Shown here one piece after another: positions 28,206 to 38,587 of a DNA stretch of 64,000 nucleotides; the stretch's first letter is position 1, and each line of letters opens with the position of its first letter. Below the pieces are notes generated by a model. That model worked only from the letters and a program-made list of their open reading frames with translations. It was not told the DNA's origin and made no database searches. The stretch is taken from positions 1,440,001 through 1,504,000 of the forward strand of contig CBDCKW010000009.1 in the NCBI GenBank assembly GCA_965218435.1, written 5' to 3'. This DNA comes from Truepera sp. (lineage in GTDB: Bacteria > Deinococcota > Deinococci > Deinococcales > Trueperaceae). A program made the position numbers and the translations under genes.

Positions 28206-29088
28206 GGGTTAGCCGCTTGAGCTGTTGCGGTTTGGGCGCGAGCCCAGTTCTTTGCGCGAGCCAGGGCGTCAGGTAGAGTGCGAGATAGGCGATCACCGCG
28301 TAGCGGAAAAACCCACCTAGGGCGCTGCGTTTGACGGCTTCGCTTAAGAGCAGGCTCGAGGCGCTGAGCGCAGCGAACGCCAGCGCGACGCCGAACACCG
28401 CGACGACCAGCCGCGCCCACAGGGGTTTGGGCGGCGCGTAGGGCATAAGGAGCGGGGCGCTGCCGAACGCGGCCAGTGCGCCCATCATCAGGTTGGCCTC
28501 GAGCCCCGGCGGTGGCAACACGAGTAAGAGGGCAAGCGGCAGAAAAAACCCCACAGTCGCGCGTAGCGGTACCGCCATTCTCTTGAGACTCTCCCAAAGC
28601 GGTTCGGCAAACGCCGCCGTCGCCGTATAGACCACGCCGATGACCAGTCCCCCGACGACGTCTACCGGAAAGTGCATCCCCAGATAGAGCCGTGACAGCG
28701 AAATCAGCACAATAACAAGGGTAGCGAGCGCCCAAAACCACGGCCGCTTGAGCCACCACGCCGCGTACCCCCAAAAGCTCAGGCTGAGCTGCGCGTGCCC
28801 ACTTGGAAACCCCGGCCCACTCGTGGGGACCGCTTCCGGGGTACGGGCAACTGAAAGGTCAAGTAAAAAGGGCCGCTCGGTGCCGACCAGCCCTTTGAGG
28901 TGAAAGTTGAGATAAAACCCGACCAGGACAAAAATCCCCAACCGCTGCCCCAGCCGCGCGTCGAGCGCCAGATAGGTTCCGAGCAGCAAGATGATATAAG
29001 CGCGGGTTCCGCCCAGCGCACTCATAAACCGAAAAAAGTGGTCGAGCGTCGGCGACGCGAACTGTTGCAGTGCGGCGATGGTTTCCAT
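28192..29088 (-). CDS. PAP2 family membrane phosphatase
   Basis: KxxxxxxRP, FPSGH and SRLYLGMHF motifs; start placed at ATG 29088. Confidence 0.9.
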   Translation of the reverse strand: METIAALQQFASPTLDHFFRFMSALGGTRAYIILLLGTYLALDARLGQRLGIFVLVGFYLNFHLKGLVGTERPFLLDLSVARTPEAVPTSGPGFPSGHAQLSLSFWGYAAWWLKRPWFWALATLVIVLISLSRLYLGMHFPVDVVGGLVIGVVYTATAAFAEPLWESLKRMAVPLRATVGFFLPLALLLVLPPPGLEANLMMGALAAFGSAPLLMPYAPPKPLWARLVVAVFGVALAFAALSASSLLLSEAVKRSALGGFFRYAVIAYLALYLTPWLAQRTGLAPKPQQLKRLTHAQS

Positions 29089-29259
29089 AGGGTCTGAAGC
29101 GCAGTCTAGCAAGCCCAGCCCACCACAAAACTTCAGGTTAATGAGGAATGAAGAGAGCTGCAGCTAAAACCAAACCGTAACGGAAAGATAATCCGGCAGC
29201 CTCTCTGTGGCCTTAGCAGACGAAAGGTGAGGCGTTAGGAGGCTGAGCACCTTAGCAGT

Positions 29260-29299
29260 AAGTGCTTTAATTCACAACGGTCTAGCTCGTGAAATTTTT
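29260..29299. repeat. Dispersed palindrome TTCAC-N13-GTGAA, copy 5 (reverse orientation)
   Basis: Reverse complement AAAAATTTCACGAGCTAGACCGTTGTGAATTAAAGCACTT, closely matching copy 1. Confidence 0.78.
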
Positions 29300-29398
29300 G
29301 TTTCTTTATGTTCGCTTTATTCTCGAGGATTCTGGCAAACATGGCGTTGAGTAGGCTGATATGCCCTTTGTAAGCCGTCGCTGTGCGAGCATAAGAGG

Positions 29399-30700
29399 AT
29401 GAATACCCGCACTTCAGAAGAGCTTTTTACCCGCGCCAGTGCGCTGATGCCGGGGGGCGTCAACTCGCCGGTTCGCGCCTTCGGGTCAGTGGGCGGCACA
29501 CCGCGCTTTATCACTAAAGCCAAAGGCGTGACGCTGACCGACGCCGACGGCAACACCTACTTGGACGCCATCGGTTCTTGGGGACCGATGATTTTGGGGC
29601 ACGCCCACCCGGAGGTTGTGGCGGCGGTGCAACGCGCCGCTGAAGACGGGACCTCGTTCGGTGCGCCGACGAGCCGCGAGGTGGCGCTGGCCGAAGAGGT
29701 CTTAAAACGTTACCCGGGGTGCGAACGCGTGCGGTTTGTCAACTCGGGAACCGAAGCGACGATGAGCGCCTTGCGGGTGGCGCGGGGCGCGACCGGGCGC
29801 GACTACATCATCAAGTTTGCCGGAAATTATCACGGTCACGCCGACGGGCTGCTCGTCGCAGCGGGCTCGGGCGCGCTGACGACCGGTGTGCCGTCGTCGG
29901 CAGGGGTTCCGGCAGATACGGCCAAGACGACGCTGGTGGCGCAGTACAACGATTTGGGGTCGGTACAAGAGCTCTTTGAGGCGTATCCAAACGGTATCGC
30001 CGCCGTGATTTTAGAACCCGTCGTCGGCAATATGGGCGTGGTCGTACCGACCGCTGAGTTTTTGGCAGGTCTGCGTGAGCTGACCCGTAATTACGGTGCG
30101 CTGCTGATTGCCGACGAGGTGATGACCGGGTTTCGGCTCGCGCGGGGCGGGGCGGTCGAGCGTTTTGAGATTGACGCCGACCTCGTATGTTGGGGCAAGA
30201 TCATCGGCGGCGGGCTGCCGGTGGGCGCTTACGGCGGCAAAGCGCGTTATATGGAGCAGGTCTCCCCGGTCGGCAAGGTCTATCAGGCCGGGACGCTTTC
30301 AGGCAATCCGCTGGCGATGGCGGCGGGGCTGGCGACGTTTGCGGCGATGGACGCGGTGCCGGATTTGTATGAGGTGTTAGAGGCTAGAGGCGCACAGCTA
30401 GAAATCGGCCTCAAAGCTGCGGCGAAGGCGCAAGGCGTCCCGGTAACGATCAACCGCGTCGGCTCGATGATTACGGTGTTTTTCACAGGCCAGCCGGTGA
30501 CGGATTTCGAGAGCGCCAGCACCACCGATACCGCGCAGTTTCGGCGCTGGTTCCACGGCCTCTTAGATCGGGGTGTCTACTGGCCCGCGAGCGCGTATGA
30601 AGCGGCGTTTTTGTCGTACGCGTATACTGAAGCGGACATTGAGACGATAATTAAGGCGGCGAACGAAGCGTTTGCGGAGGTGGCACCCCGAGCCGTCTGA
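29399..30700 (+). CDS. hemL: Glutamate-1-semialdehyde 2,1-aminomutase
   Basis: PGGVNSPVRAF, VNSGTEATM and GKIIGGGLP motifs. Confidence 0.97.
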   Translation: MNTRTSEELFTRASALMPGGVNSPVRAFGSVGGTPRFITKAKGVTLTDADGNTYLDAIGSWGPMILGHAHPEVVAAVQRAAEDGTSFGAPTSREVALAEEVLKRYPGCERVRFVNSGTEATMSALRVARGATGRDYIIKFAGNYHGHADGLLVAAGSGALTTGVPSSAGVPADTAKTTLVAQYNDLGSVQELFEAYPNGIAAVILEPVVGNMGVVVPTAEFLAGLRELTRNYGALLIADEVMTGFRLARGGAVERFEIDADLVCWGKIIGGGLPVGAYGGKARYMEQVSPVGKVYQAGTLSGNPLAMAAGLATFAAMDAVPDLYEVLEARGAQLEIGLKAAAKAQGVPVTINRVGSMITVFFTGQPVTDFESASTTDTAQFRRWFHGLLDRGVYWPASAYEAAFLSYAYTEADIETIIKAANEAFAEVAPRAV

Positions 30701-30935
30701 AACTAGGCTCTTGGGAATATGCTTAGAGTTTGGGCTGTTGGCAAAAGGCACGAACGAAGTCAGAAAGTAGCCGAGCGTGTATGAGCCTCTCCGGTAACAT
30801 CACTGAGTGCTTTGTTAGTAGGCTCGAGCACTGCCGCCGTTGCAAGGTTCAGCAAGCTTGCTCCCAGCTTTCATCTGGTTACGGTGAAATATCGTCAGAA
30901 CCTGGGCTTGCAAAGGGCCGTCTAAAGCCAGCTGT

Positions 30936-32492
30936 TCAGGCCGCTTCACCGGCAATCAGCAGACCAAGCCGCTGCACCGTCGCCTCATTCCGGTCAAGGA
31001 CGCCCATCAGCTGCCCGTGAAATAGCACAGCGATGCGGTGCGAAAGCTCGAGCAGCTCGTCTAAATCTTCAGAGATGAGGAGCACCGCGCGGCCTTGTTC
31101 GCTCTGTTCTAAAAGCTGCGTCCGCAAAAACTCGGACGCGCCGAAATCTACGCCGCGCGTGGGTTGTGCTGCAATTAAAACAGCCGGATTACGCCTCAGT
31201 TCACGGGCGAAGATGACCTTTTGGGCGTTGCCCCCCGAAAGGTTTTTCATCGGCGTCGTAACCGAAGGCGTTTTGACCTTGAACTGCTCGACGAGCCCTT
31301 GCGCTGTGGCGCGGATGGCGCGAAAGTTTAGCAGCCCGTGTGACGCATAGGGTGGCCGCCCACTCTCCCGTGAGATGAGGTTGTCGGCAACCGAAAAATC
31401 GCGGATCAGCCCGTCACGGTTGCGTTCTTCGGGGATGTACGAGAGCCCGAGCGTCACGCGCGTGGCGACCGTCATCATAGTGATATCTGCGCCACCGAGT
31501 GAGATATGCCCGCCGCTCAGCGGCCGGAGTCCGGCGACGACCTCGGCTAGCTCGAGCTGCCCATTGCCACTGACCCCCGCGACGCCTAGAATCTCTCCGG
31601 CACGGACGTTCAACGACACGTTGTTAAGCGCGACCAAACCGCGGTCGCCTTTGGCTGAAACATTTTTGAGTTCTAAACTAGGTGCGCCGAAAGTGGGGGC
31701 CGGTCGGTCGGGGGGCCGCAAGAGGGGTCGCCCGACCATCAGCTCCGCGAGCGCCGCTTTGCTGGTCTTAGAGGTCGGCACACTGCCCGCGTTGCGGCCG
31801 TCGCGCAAGACCGTCACCCGGTCGGTGTAGGCCGTCACCTCACCGAGTTTATGCGAGATAAAGATGATGGCGTGACCTTCAGCGGCCATATGCCGGAGGA
31901 CGACGAAGAATTCAGCGACCTCTTGCGGCGTTAAGACGGCGGTCGGTTCGTCCAAAATGAGGAGCGCCGCCCCCCGGTAGAGCGCCTTGATGATCTCGAC
32001 ACGTTGTTGCTCGCCAACTGAAAGCTGCCAGATAAAGGCGTCGGGGTCAACTTTGAGCCCGTAGCGTTTGGAAAGCTCGCCGATACGCCTTCTGACCGCG
32101 CCCAAATCGGTCAAAGGGCCACGGCCGCCGGGAAGACCTAACGCCACGTTTTCAGCGACCGTAAGCGCGTCGGCCAACATAAAGTGCTGATGCACCATGC
32201 CGATGCCGAGGCGCAGGGCGTCAGCGGGCGAGGCAATCCCTTGGGGTACGCCGTCAATTAAAATCTCACCGGCGTCGGGGGTTGCGAGACCGTAAAGCTG
32301 CTTCATCAGGGTAGATTTACCCGCTCCGTTTTCGCCTAACAGCGCGTGGATTTCGCCGCTACAGACCTCGAGGTTGAGGTGGTCATTGGCCAAAACACCC
32401 GGAAACCGTTTGACGATACCGCGCAGCTCGAGCCGCTCGATGCGCCGGTGACCTGACGGCAAGAGGGTATTCTCCATGACCGCTTGGCTCAC
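30936..32492 (-). CDS. ABC transporter ATP-binding protein (nucleoside/sugar type, two NBDs)
   Basis: GENGAGKST, LDEPT and LSGGNAQK motifs. Confidence 0.93.
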   Translation of the reverse strand: MSQAVMENTLLPSGHRRIERLELRGIVKRFPGVLANDHLNLEVCSGEIHALLGENGAGKSTLMKQLYGLATPDAGEILIDGVPQGIASPADALRLGIGMVHQHFMLADALTVAENVALGLPGGRGPLTDLGAVRRRIGELSKRYGLKVDPDAFIWQLSVGEQQRVEIIKALYRGAALLILDEPTAVLTPQEVAEFFVVLRHMAAEGHAIIFISHKLGEVTAYTDRVTVLRDGRNAGSVPTSKTSKAALAELMVGRPLLRPPDRPAPTFGAPSLELKNVSAKGDRGLVALNNVSLNVRAGEILGVAGVSGNGQLELAEVVAGLRPLSGGHISLGGADITMMTVATRVTLGLSYIPEERNRDGLIRDFSVADNLISRESGRPPYASHGLLNFRAIRATAQGLVEQFKVKTPSVTTPMKNLSGGNAQKVIFARELRRNPAVLIAAQPTRGVDFGASEFLRTQLLEQSEQGRAVLLISEDLDELLELSHRIAVLFHGQLMGVLDRNEATVQRLGLLIAGEAA

Positions 32493-32497
32493 AAAAC

Positions 32498-33457
32498 CTA
32501 TTGACCCAGCGGAACGATGCTGCCGTCGGTAAGCCCCTGCACGGCGACGTCGGCTGCGGCCCTAGCCTCATCCGGCAGAGCGTAACCGTCGTTATACGCC
32601 ATCGTCAGGCCGCCATTTTTAAGGGTTGCCGTATACGTTTCGCCGCCCAGCGTGCCGCTCTGCACCTTCCCGATGATGTCGCGTAAGATGCCGGTCCAAT
32701 CGTAAACCTGACTCGAGACGACGATCTCCGGGGCCAGCGCCGTCTGATCCGCCTGCGTGCCGAACCAGGGAACACCCGCAACTTGCGCCACGCCGATAGG
32801 CCCGACGACCATCTGTGAGGTGCCGGTCAGCACGTCCGCACCCGCTTGCAGCTGCGTGTTCGCCGCTTCAGTCGCTAGCGCCACGTCACTAAACGAACCG
32901 ATATAGCTGATGTTGACCCGCGCGTTCGGTTTGGTCGCTTTGACCCCCGCTGCGAAGCCGTCAATGTAGAGTTTCGCGTCGCCCGCTTCAACCGGCCCGA
33001 CCACCCCGAGGGTGTCGTCTTGGCTGAGGGTTGCGGCCAACACCCCGTTGACGTAACCGCCCTGGTCAGCCGCCGGTTCGTAGGCGTAGACGTTGTCTAA
33101 ACCGAAGGTGTCGTTGGCGGTGCCCCACGCGAAACTCACCTCAGGAAAATCCGGCGCGAGCTCCTCTAACGCCGTGCCGTACTGCGTCCCGTGGGCGATT
33201 ACAAGGTCATAGCCTTGCGAGGCCCAGTCGCGGAGCGCAGCCGCCGCGTCATCAACGACGAAGGTGCCGTCGGCGTAGTCGAAGGTGATGAGCCCTTCGT
33301 CTTGCAGCATGCTGAGCGCGGCGAACATACTCTGGCTAAAGGCGAAGTCGTTGACGGCGCTCGGCATCACGACCCCGACGCGGAGTGCGTCTTGGGCTGA
33401 GGCCAGTGCCAGGGACGCCAGGACAGATACTGCTAAAACTCTAAAGATGGTTTTCAT
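32498..33457 (-). CDS. BMP family ABC substrate-binding protein (purine/nucleoside-like)
   Basis: Signal peptide, VNDFAFSQ and GYDLVIAHG motifs. Confidence 0.88.
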   Translation of the reverse strand: MKTIFRVLAVSVLASLALASAQDALRVGVVMPSAVNDFAFSQSMFAALSMLQDEGLITFDYADGTFVVDDAAAALRDWASQGYDLVIAHGTQYGTALEELAPDFPEVSFAWGTANDTFGLDNVYAYEPAADQGGYVNGVLAATLSQDDTLGVVGPVEAGDAKLYIDGFAAGVKATKPNARVNISYIGSFSDVALATEAANTQLQAGADVLTGTSQMVVGPIGVAQVAGVPWFGTQADQTALAPEIVVSSQVYDWTGILRDIIGKVQSGTLGGETYTATLKNGGLTMAYNDGYALPDEARAAADVAVQGLTDGSIVPLGQ

Positions 33458-33535
33458 GATGACCTCCGGGGCATTGAGATTTTTGCTGGGTGCTGCGACG
33501 TGATTCGGGTGTGCTCGAGCTAAAACGGTGAGGTA

Positions 33536-34465
33536 TCAGCTCCCCCGCTCAAAAGGGACGGTGAGGGCAGCCGGAGCCCTCGCCCGCTGCGCTGACAAGA
33601 TCAACACGAGAATCGTTAAAACGTAGGGCAGCATCACGGCGATGTCCGAGGGAATTGGCAACCCGAGCACCTGCGCCCACACCTGCAACGCGTTGACAAA
33701 ACTAAAAATCAGCGACCCGGCAAGGACGCCGAAGGGTCGCCACCCGCCGAAATATACGAGCGCGACCGCGATAAACCCGAGGCCGTTGGTCAGGTTCTGC
33801 TGAAAGACGTTGAGCAGCGCCACCGAAAGTGACGCGCCCGCCGCACCGGAGAGCACACCGCCGAGGATCAGCGTCTGGTAACGCGTCCGCGACACGCGCA
33901 CCCCGAGCGAGTCGGCCGCTGCCGGATTTTCACCTGCCGCGCGGAGGTTTAGGCCGAACGTCGTTTTGTTGAGCACAAACCAGGCCACCGGGACGAGCAG
34001 ATACGCGCCGTAAACGAGGACGCTGTGCTGAAAAAAAATCTTGCCGACGACCGGCAACTCGCTCAGAAAAGGGATCGGCAGCTCTTGAAAGCCGCGGACG
34101 CTCCGCGCCGTTCCGACGAATTTTTGAAAGAGCAGGTCGCTCAAGCCCAGGCCGAACAGATACACGCCGATGCCGCTGATTCCTTGCGTCGCCCGTAAGG
34201 TTACATTGACCACGCCGAGCAGAACACCCAGCAACCCGCCGACTAACAGTGCCGCCAACAGCCCGAGCCAGACGTTGCCGCTGACGAGCAGCGTGTAGTA
34301 CGCGGCAAACGCACCCAAGAGCATCACCCCGTCAACGCCCAAGTTCAAGACGCCGCTGCGCTGACCGAACATCTCCCCGATGGCGGCGTAGAGGTACGGC
34401 GTCGCCAGCCGAATCGTCGAGGCCAACATGCCGATCAAAACCGACGTGCTGAATTCGCTAAGCAC
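33536..34465 (-). CDS. ABC transporter permease (nucleoside type)
   Basis: RSGVLNLGVDG and GENPAAADSLG motifs. Confidence 0.92.
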   Translation of the reverse strand: MLSEFSTSVLIGMLASTIRLATPYLYAAIGEMFGQRSGVLNLGVDGVMLLGAFAAYYTLLVSGNVWLGLLAALLVGGLLGVLLGVVNVTLRATQGISGIGVYLFGLGLSDLLFQKFVGTARSVRGFQELPIPFLSELPVVGKIFFQHSVLVYGAYLLVPVAWFVLNKTTFGLNLRAAGENPAAADSLGVRVSRTRYQTLILGGVLSGAAGASLSVALLNVFQQNLTNGLGFIAVALVYFGGWRPFGVLAGSLIFSFVNALQVWAQVLGLPIPSDIAVMLPYVLTILVLILSAQRARAPAALTVPFERGS

Positions 34466-35582
34466 GTTGCGCGGTCGCCTCTACAGCTTTGACCTCAGGA
34501 GTTTTGAGCGCCCTGCGCTGAACCCGTTTTTGGCGCACATAGGTGCTACTCACCACAAAGATAACGATCAACCCGTTGAGCGTCGTGATGAGCGCGGCAG
34601 GCACCTGTACGGCCCTTTGCATACTGCTCGCACCGACCAACAGCGCACCGAAAAAGAACGACGCGGGTACGGTGCCGAGTGGGTGAAGCTGACCGAAAAG
34701 TGCCGCAACGATGCCGTTAAACCCCGCCGAACCGGTAAACCCCGCGGCAGTGCCGTCGGTGACCATCCGGTGACCCACGCCGTAGACCTGCACCGCCCCG
34801 GCGAGCCCGCAGAGTGCGCCGCTTAAGAGGAGCGACAAGACGATCATCCGGGCCGTTTGAATCCCGGCGTAACGCGCGGCAAAGATGTTGAGGCCGACCG
34901 ACCGGAGGCGGAACCCAAACGGTGTACGCCAGAGCAAAATATAGACCAGCACCGCCAGAACCAGCGCGATAAGCGCCCCGAGGTGAAGCTGCGTCGGGGC
35001 AAGCCGCGGCAAGTCAAACGTTCTGGACAGACGGGCGGTTTGCGGAATCGCGGCCGCGCCCATCTGGTCGGTGTCGAGCATGGGGCCACGTAGCAAGAAG
35101 TTCATCAGCTGCACCGCGATCACGTTCATCATCACGGTGCTTAAGATTTCGCTGACGCCGAAGCGGGCCTTGAACCAACCCGCCAGACCGCCCCACACCG
35201 CGCCGCCAACTGCGCCAACGCAGAGCGCGAGGGGAACCACAAACCAGGCAGGCGCACTCGGCAGCGCCAAACCGAACGCAGTCGCAGCCAGCGCGCCCAT
35301 AGTCATCTGCCCTTCGCCGCCGATATTGATCACGTTGGCGCGAAAGGCGATGCAGATACCCAACCCGACCAAGAGGAGTGGCGTGGCGCGAACCGCCGTA
35401 TCAGCTAACGCATTGACGCTTCCGAACGCGCCCCGGAAGAGCGCGGCGTAGCCCTCGAGCGGGTTCGCCCCCAGCAGTAAGAGCATCACCGCGCCTAGTC
35501 CCAGGGCCAACGCTGCCGCGACCAAAGGCACCGCGAAGTCAAAAAGGTGCCCAAGCCACCCGATCTTTAACCGTGAACGCAT
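34458..35582 (-). CDS. ABC transporter permease (nucleoside type)
   Basis: NIGGEGQ motif, multiple TM helices; start uncertain (see findings). Confidence 0.9.
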   Translation of the reverse strand: MRSRLKIGWLGHLFDFAVPLVAAALALGLGAVMLLLLGANPLEGYAALFRGAFGSVNALADTAVRATPLLLVGLGICIAFRANVINIGGEGQMTMGALAATAFGLALPSAPAWFVVPLALCVGAVGGAVWGGLAGWFKARFGVSEILSTVMMNVIAVQLMNFLLRGPMLDTDQMGAAAIPQTARLSRTFDLPRLAPTQLHLGALIALVLAVLVYILLWRTPFGFRLRSVGLNIFAARYAGIQTARMIVLSLLLSGALCGLAGAVQVYGVGHRMVTDGTAAGFTGSAGFNGIVAALFGQLHPLGTVPASFFFGALLVGASSMQRAVQVPAALITTLNGLIVIFVVSSTYVRQKRVQRRALKTPEVKAVEATAQRA

Positions 35583-35853
35583 ACGTGTGCGGGGTTTGTC
35601 ACTAAACCTCCTTAAGTGTCAAATGTAAACCGTTTTTTGCACGTCTGTAAACAATAAGCCGAGAACGGCTATACTTTAACGTACCGAGCTTCGATAAGCG
35701 TACAAATTTTTTCGGACGTTTTGCAGTTTTCCCATATTTTTAGAACAAGAGCGGGGTTTGAACTTCAGCACTTGGATCGCAGGTATTAGCCGGGGGTGGT
35801 GTGGGCGTCGTGCTCGAGACGCCCCTTGCTGGGCAAGAACGTTTTAATGCCTT

Positions 35854-37200
35854 GTGCCGCTTCCGCCCCAAGGTGATACCATCGCTGCCATTGCGACTGC
35901 CCCCGGCGTCGGCGCGGTCGGGATTGTGCGGCTTTCAGGGCCGGACGCTTACGGGATTGGCAGCAAGCTTTTTACGCCTAAACGTGGGCTCGAGGTCACC
36001 CACCTACCCGCAGGCCGCGTCGTTTACGGCCGCGTTACCGATGGGGCTGAGCTGGTAGACGAAAGTCTGCTCCTGACCTTCCGCACGCCGCACTCGTATA
36101 CCGGCGAAGACGTGCTGGAGTTGCAGACGCACGGCGGCCCCGCCGTATTGCGCCGAGTTTTAGACCTCTGCGTCCGGCACGGGGCGCGCCTCGCCGAACC
36201 GGGCGAGTTTACGCTCCGGGCGTATCTCTCGGGTCGGCTCGACTTGGTACAGGCTGAGGCGGTGTTAGAGCTGGTAAACGCGCAGAGTGACAGCGCCCGC
36301 CGCTCCGCTGCGTTGGGGCTTTCCAAAGTACTTAGCGAACAGCTAGACCTGATTCAGAACGACGTTACACGCGTCTACGGCAACCTTCAGGCGATGTTCG
36401 ACTACCCGGACGAAGGCGTACCTGACGCCGAGTTTGCTGAACCGCTAGGACGGGCGGTGGCTCGGATTGACAAGCTGTTAGGCACTGCCAAAGCTGGCCG
36501 CGTCGCGCAGCGGGGCGCAAAGCTGGCACTTATCGGCCGTCCCAACGCCGGGAAGTCAAGTTTGCTCAACGCGCTCTTGGGGTATGGACGCTCACTTGTG
36601 TCGGACACACCGGGAACGACGCGCGATTACCTCGAGGCTCCGCTAGACATCCTCGGGGTACCGGTCACCGCGGTAGACACCGCCGGGATTCGGGAGACCG
36701 GCGACGCGGTTGAAGCGAGCGGCGTCGAACTTGCACGGAGCATCGCCCAAAACGCTGATTTGACCCTACTGCTGCTCGATACGAGTCGAGGACTCGAGGC
36801 CGGTGACCTCACGCTTATTGGAGAGTTGGACCCGGCGCGGCTGCTTGTTTTAGGGAGCAAAACCGACCTGCCGTCCGCGTGGACACCTGCCGAATTACCA
36901 GCCAAAGTGCTAAGGATTTCAGCGGCGACCGGTGCAGGGTTAGACACGCTCCGCGACCAGGTGCGCCATACCCTTATCGGCGACGCCGGTCAGAGCGAGT
37001 TGTGGGTGGGCGGCGAACGGCAGATTCACGCTTTGGAAACCGTGCGGGAGCATCTGTTACGTGCTGGAGACGCACCTGACGACCTCGCGGCGCTCGATTT
37101 GGCCGACGCCCTGCGGACGCTCGCTGAACTCACGGGGCGCGGCGACGTAGCGGAGGAGACCTTAGAACATATTTTCAAGAACTTCTGCGTGGGGAAATAG
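35854..37200 (+). CDS. mnmE: tRNA modification GTPase MnmE/TrmE
   Basis: DTIAAIAT, GRPNAGKSS, GTTRD, DTAG and C-terminal FCVGK. Confidence 0.97.
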   Translation: MPLPPQGDTIAAIATAPGVGAVGIVRLSGPDAYGIGSKLFTPKRGLEVTHLPAGRVVYGRVTDGAELVDESLLLTFRTPHSYTGEDVLELQTHGGPAVLRRVLDLCVRHGARLAEPGEFTLRAYLSGRLDLVQAEAVLELVNAQSDSARRSAALGLSKVLSEQLDLIQNDVTRVYGNLQAMFDYPDEGVPDAEFAEPLGRAVARIDKLLGTAKAGRVAQRGAKLALIGRPNAGKSSLLNALLGYGRSLVSDTPGTTRDYLEAPLDILGVPVTAVDTAGIRETGDAVEASGVELARSIAQNADLTLLLLDTSRGLEAGDLTLIGELDPARLLVLGSKTDLPSAWTPAELPAKVLRISAATGAGLDTLRDQVRHTLIGDAGQSELWVGGERQIHALETVREHLLRAGDAPDDLAALDLADALRTLAELTGRGDVAEETLEHIFKNFCVGK

Positions 37201-38367
37201 TCGAACTCCTGAGTACACGACAATTCTTTAGAAGCCTTGTCCAGAACGTGATTGTTGTATAAGCCCGAAAAAAGGATTTTCGTCTGCATGATCATGACCA
37301 GGTAAATCACTTTTAACATCGTCCTAAACAGCAGTCTCGGGGGACATGAACGCTACTTTTCAGAGGGCTCAATAGCCCGTTCAGACTCGTAAAACTATTT
37401 TTTGTCGTGTACTAAGGTCGAGCCTATAACCGAGGTAACCCGCAAAGATATTCTATTGTTTGCAAATCACCCAAACTCAAGAAGGTAGAACTTGAACAGA
37501 GCAAATGAAGATGTCGCTGCTTAAACCGGCTTTCCGCCCAAGTATTCGCTAAAGCGGAGCAGATACCCGTCCGGGTCTTGCACTAAAAACTCACGGTTGC
37601 CGCTCAGCGTGTCAGCTACCCGGTACCAGTTCTCTTCGGGTAAAACGAAAAGCGGGTGGTTTGCCCCGGCTAAACGTGTCAAGATAGGTTCTAGTTTTTC
37701 GACCTCGATCTGCAAGTTGATACCCCGGCCCAAGGGGGGCTCGAGCCCTCCCGGTGTACCCCAGCCCTGGCCCTCCGCGTACTGGTCGAGCATCAGCTGC
37801 GCGTCGCCGAGTTGAAGGTACGCAAACCGCGTTTCAGGTCGGGAGAAAAGCACTTCAAATCCAAGCAGGTCGGTGTAAAACGCCAGATTCTTATCAATAG
37901 ACTTGTTCCCGAATAGACATCAAGTGAGCCAGAGGTTCCATAAACCTGCTGAGACGACGAGCACATCGTCTTCAAAGTTGTCTCTATGGTTGCGGTAAGG
38001 AGTCGTAAGAATACGAAACCGTTTCATTCCGCCGATAGCGTGCTCGATAAAAACTCTCAACTTGGCTAAGGCACGGTTGTCTTGCTTCTGTTCGGGGCTA
38101 AGGTGCGGGTCAGGCTTCTTTTTGCTTTTGCGCGGTTTCTTGTGGGGAATGCGAATACTGAGACCTTGATAGTCTGTCTGTATCCCTTGATAGCCCAAGT
38201 CGAGTAGTACTTCAGTGTCTGCAAACCAAGCCTTTTCCGAAGGAAACTCTGTTTTAAGCATGGTGTAGTCATGCGTTTTACCCGGGAAAGTCTGACCCAA
38301 GAACAAAATGACCTTGTTCGCTGAGGAGAAAACGGTGTTCTTCAAGGTATGGCGCTTTTTTTACCAC

Positions 38368-38403
38368 GTCTTGGACAAAACGGCACCTCCCGGGCCTGTC
38401 CGC
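38368..38403 (-). mobile_element. Tiny structured insertion element, copy B (36 bp, in frame)
   Basis: GCGGACAGGCCCGGGAGGTGCCGTTTTGTCCAAGAC inserted in TAT A^GT GGT. Confidence 0.88.
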
Positions 38404-38587
38404 TATAGTGTTCACGTTGTTTTTCGTCATCACTTGGACGTTGATAGAGACGCTCAGTTACATCAACTAGCAGATGCTCTAGGTCTACGTTTGCCAGGGT
38501 GATTTTAAGTGCTTCGGCATTAGCAAACGTGCGTTCAGGCAAAACTCCCAAGCTTGCCAAAGTCTTAGACATGATAGGGGTCAGTCT

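Noticed and set aside
2793..29299. TTCAC-N13-GTGAA copies as a CRISPR array, integron attC sites or CRP sites
   Set aside because: They are kilobases apart, lack attC RYYYAAC/GTTRRRY ends, and their arm order and spacing differ from TGTGA-N6-TCACA.
37228..37375. Possible MITE after mnmE
   Set aside because: The terminal inverted match is too weak to support a call.
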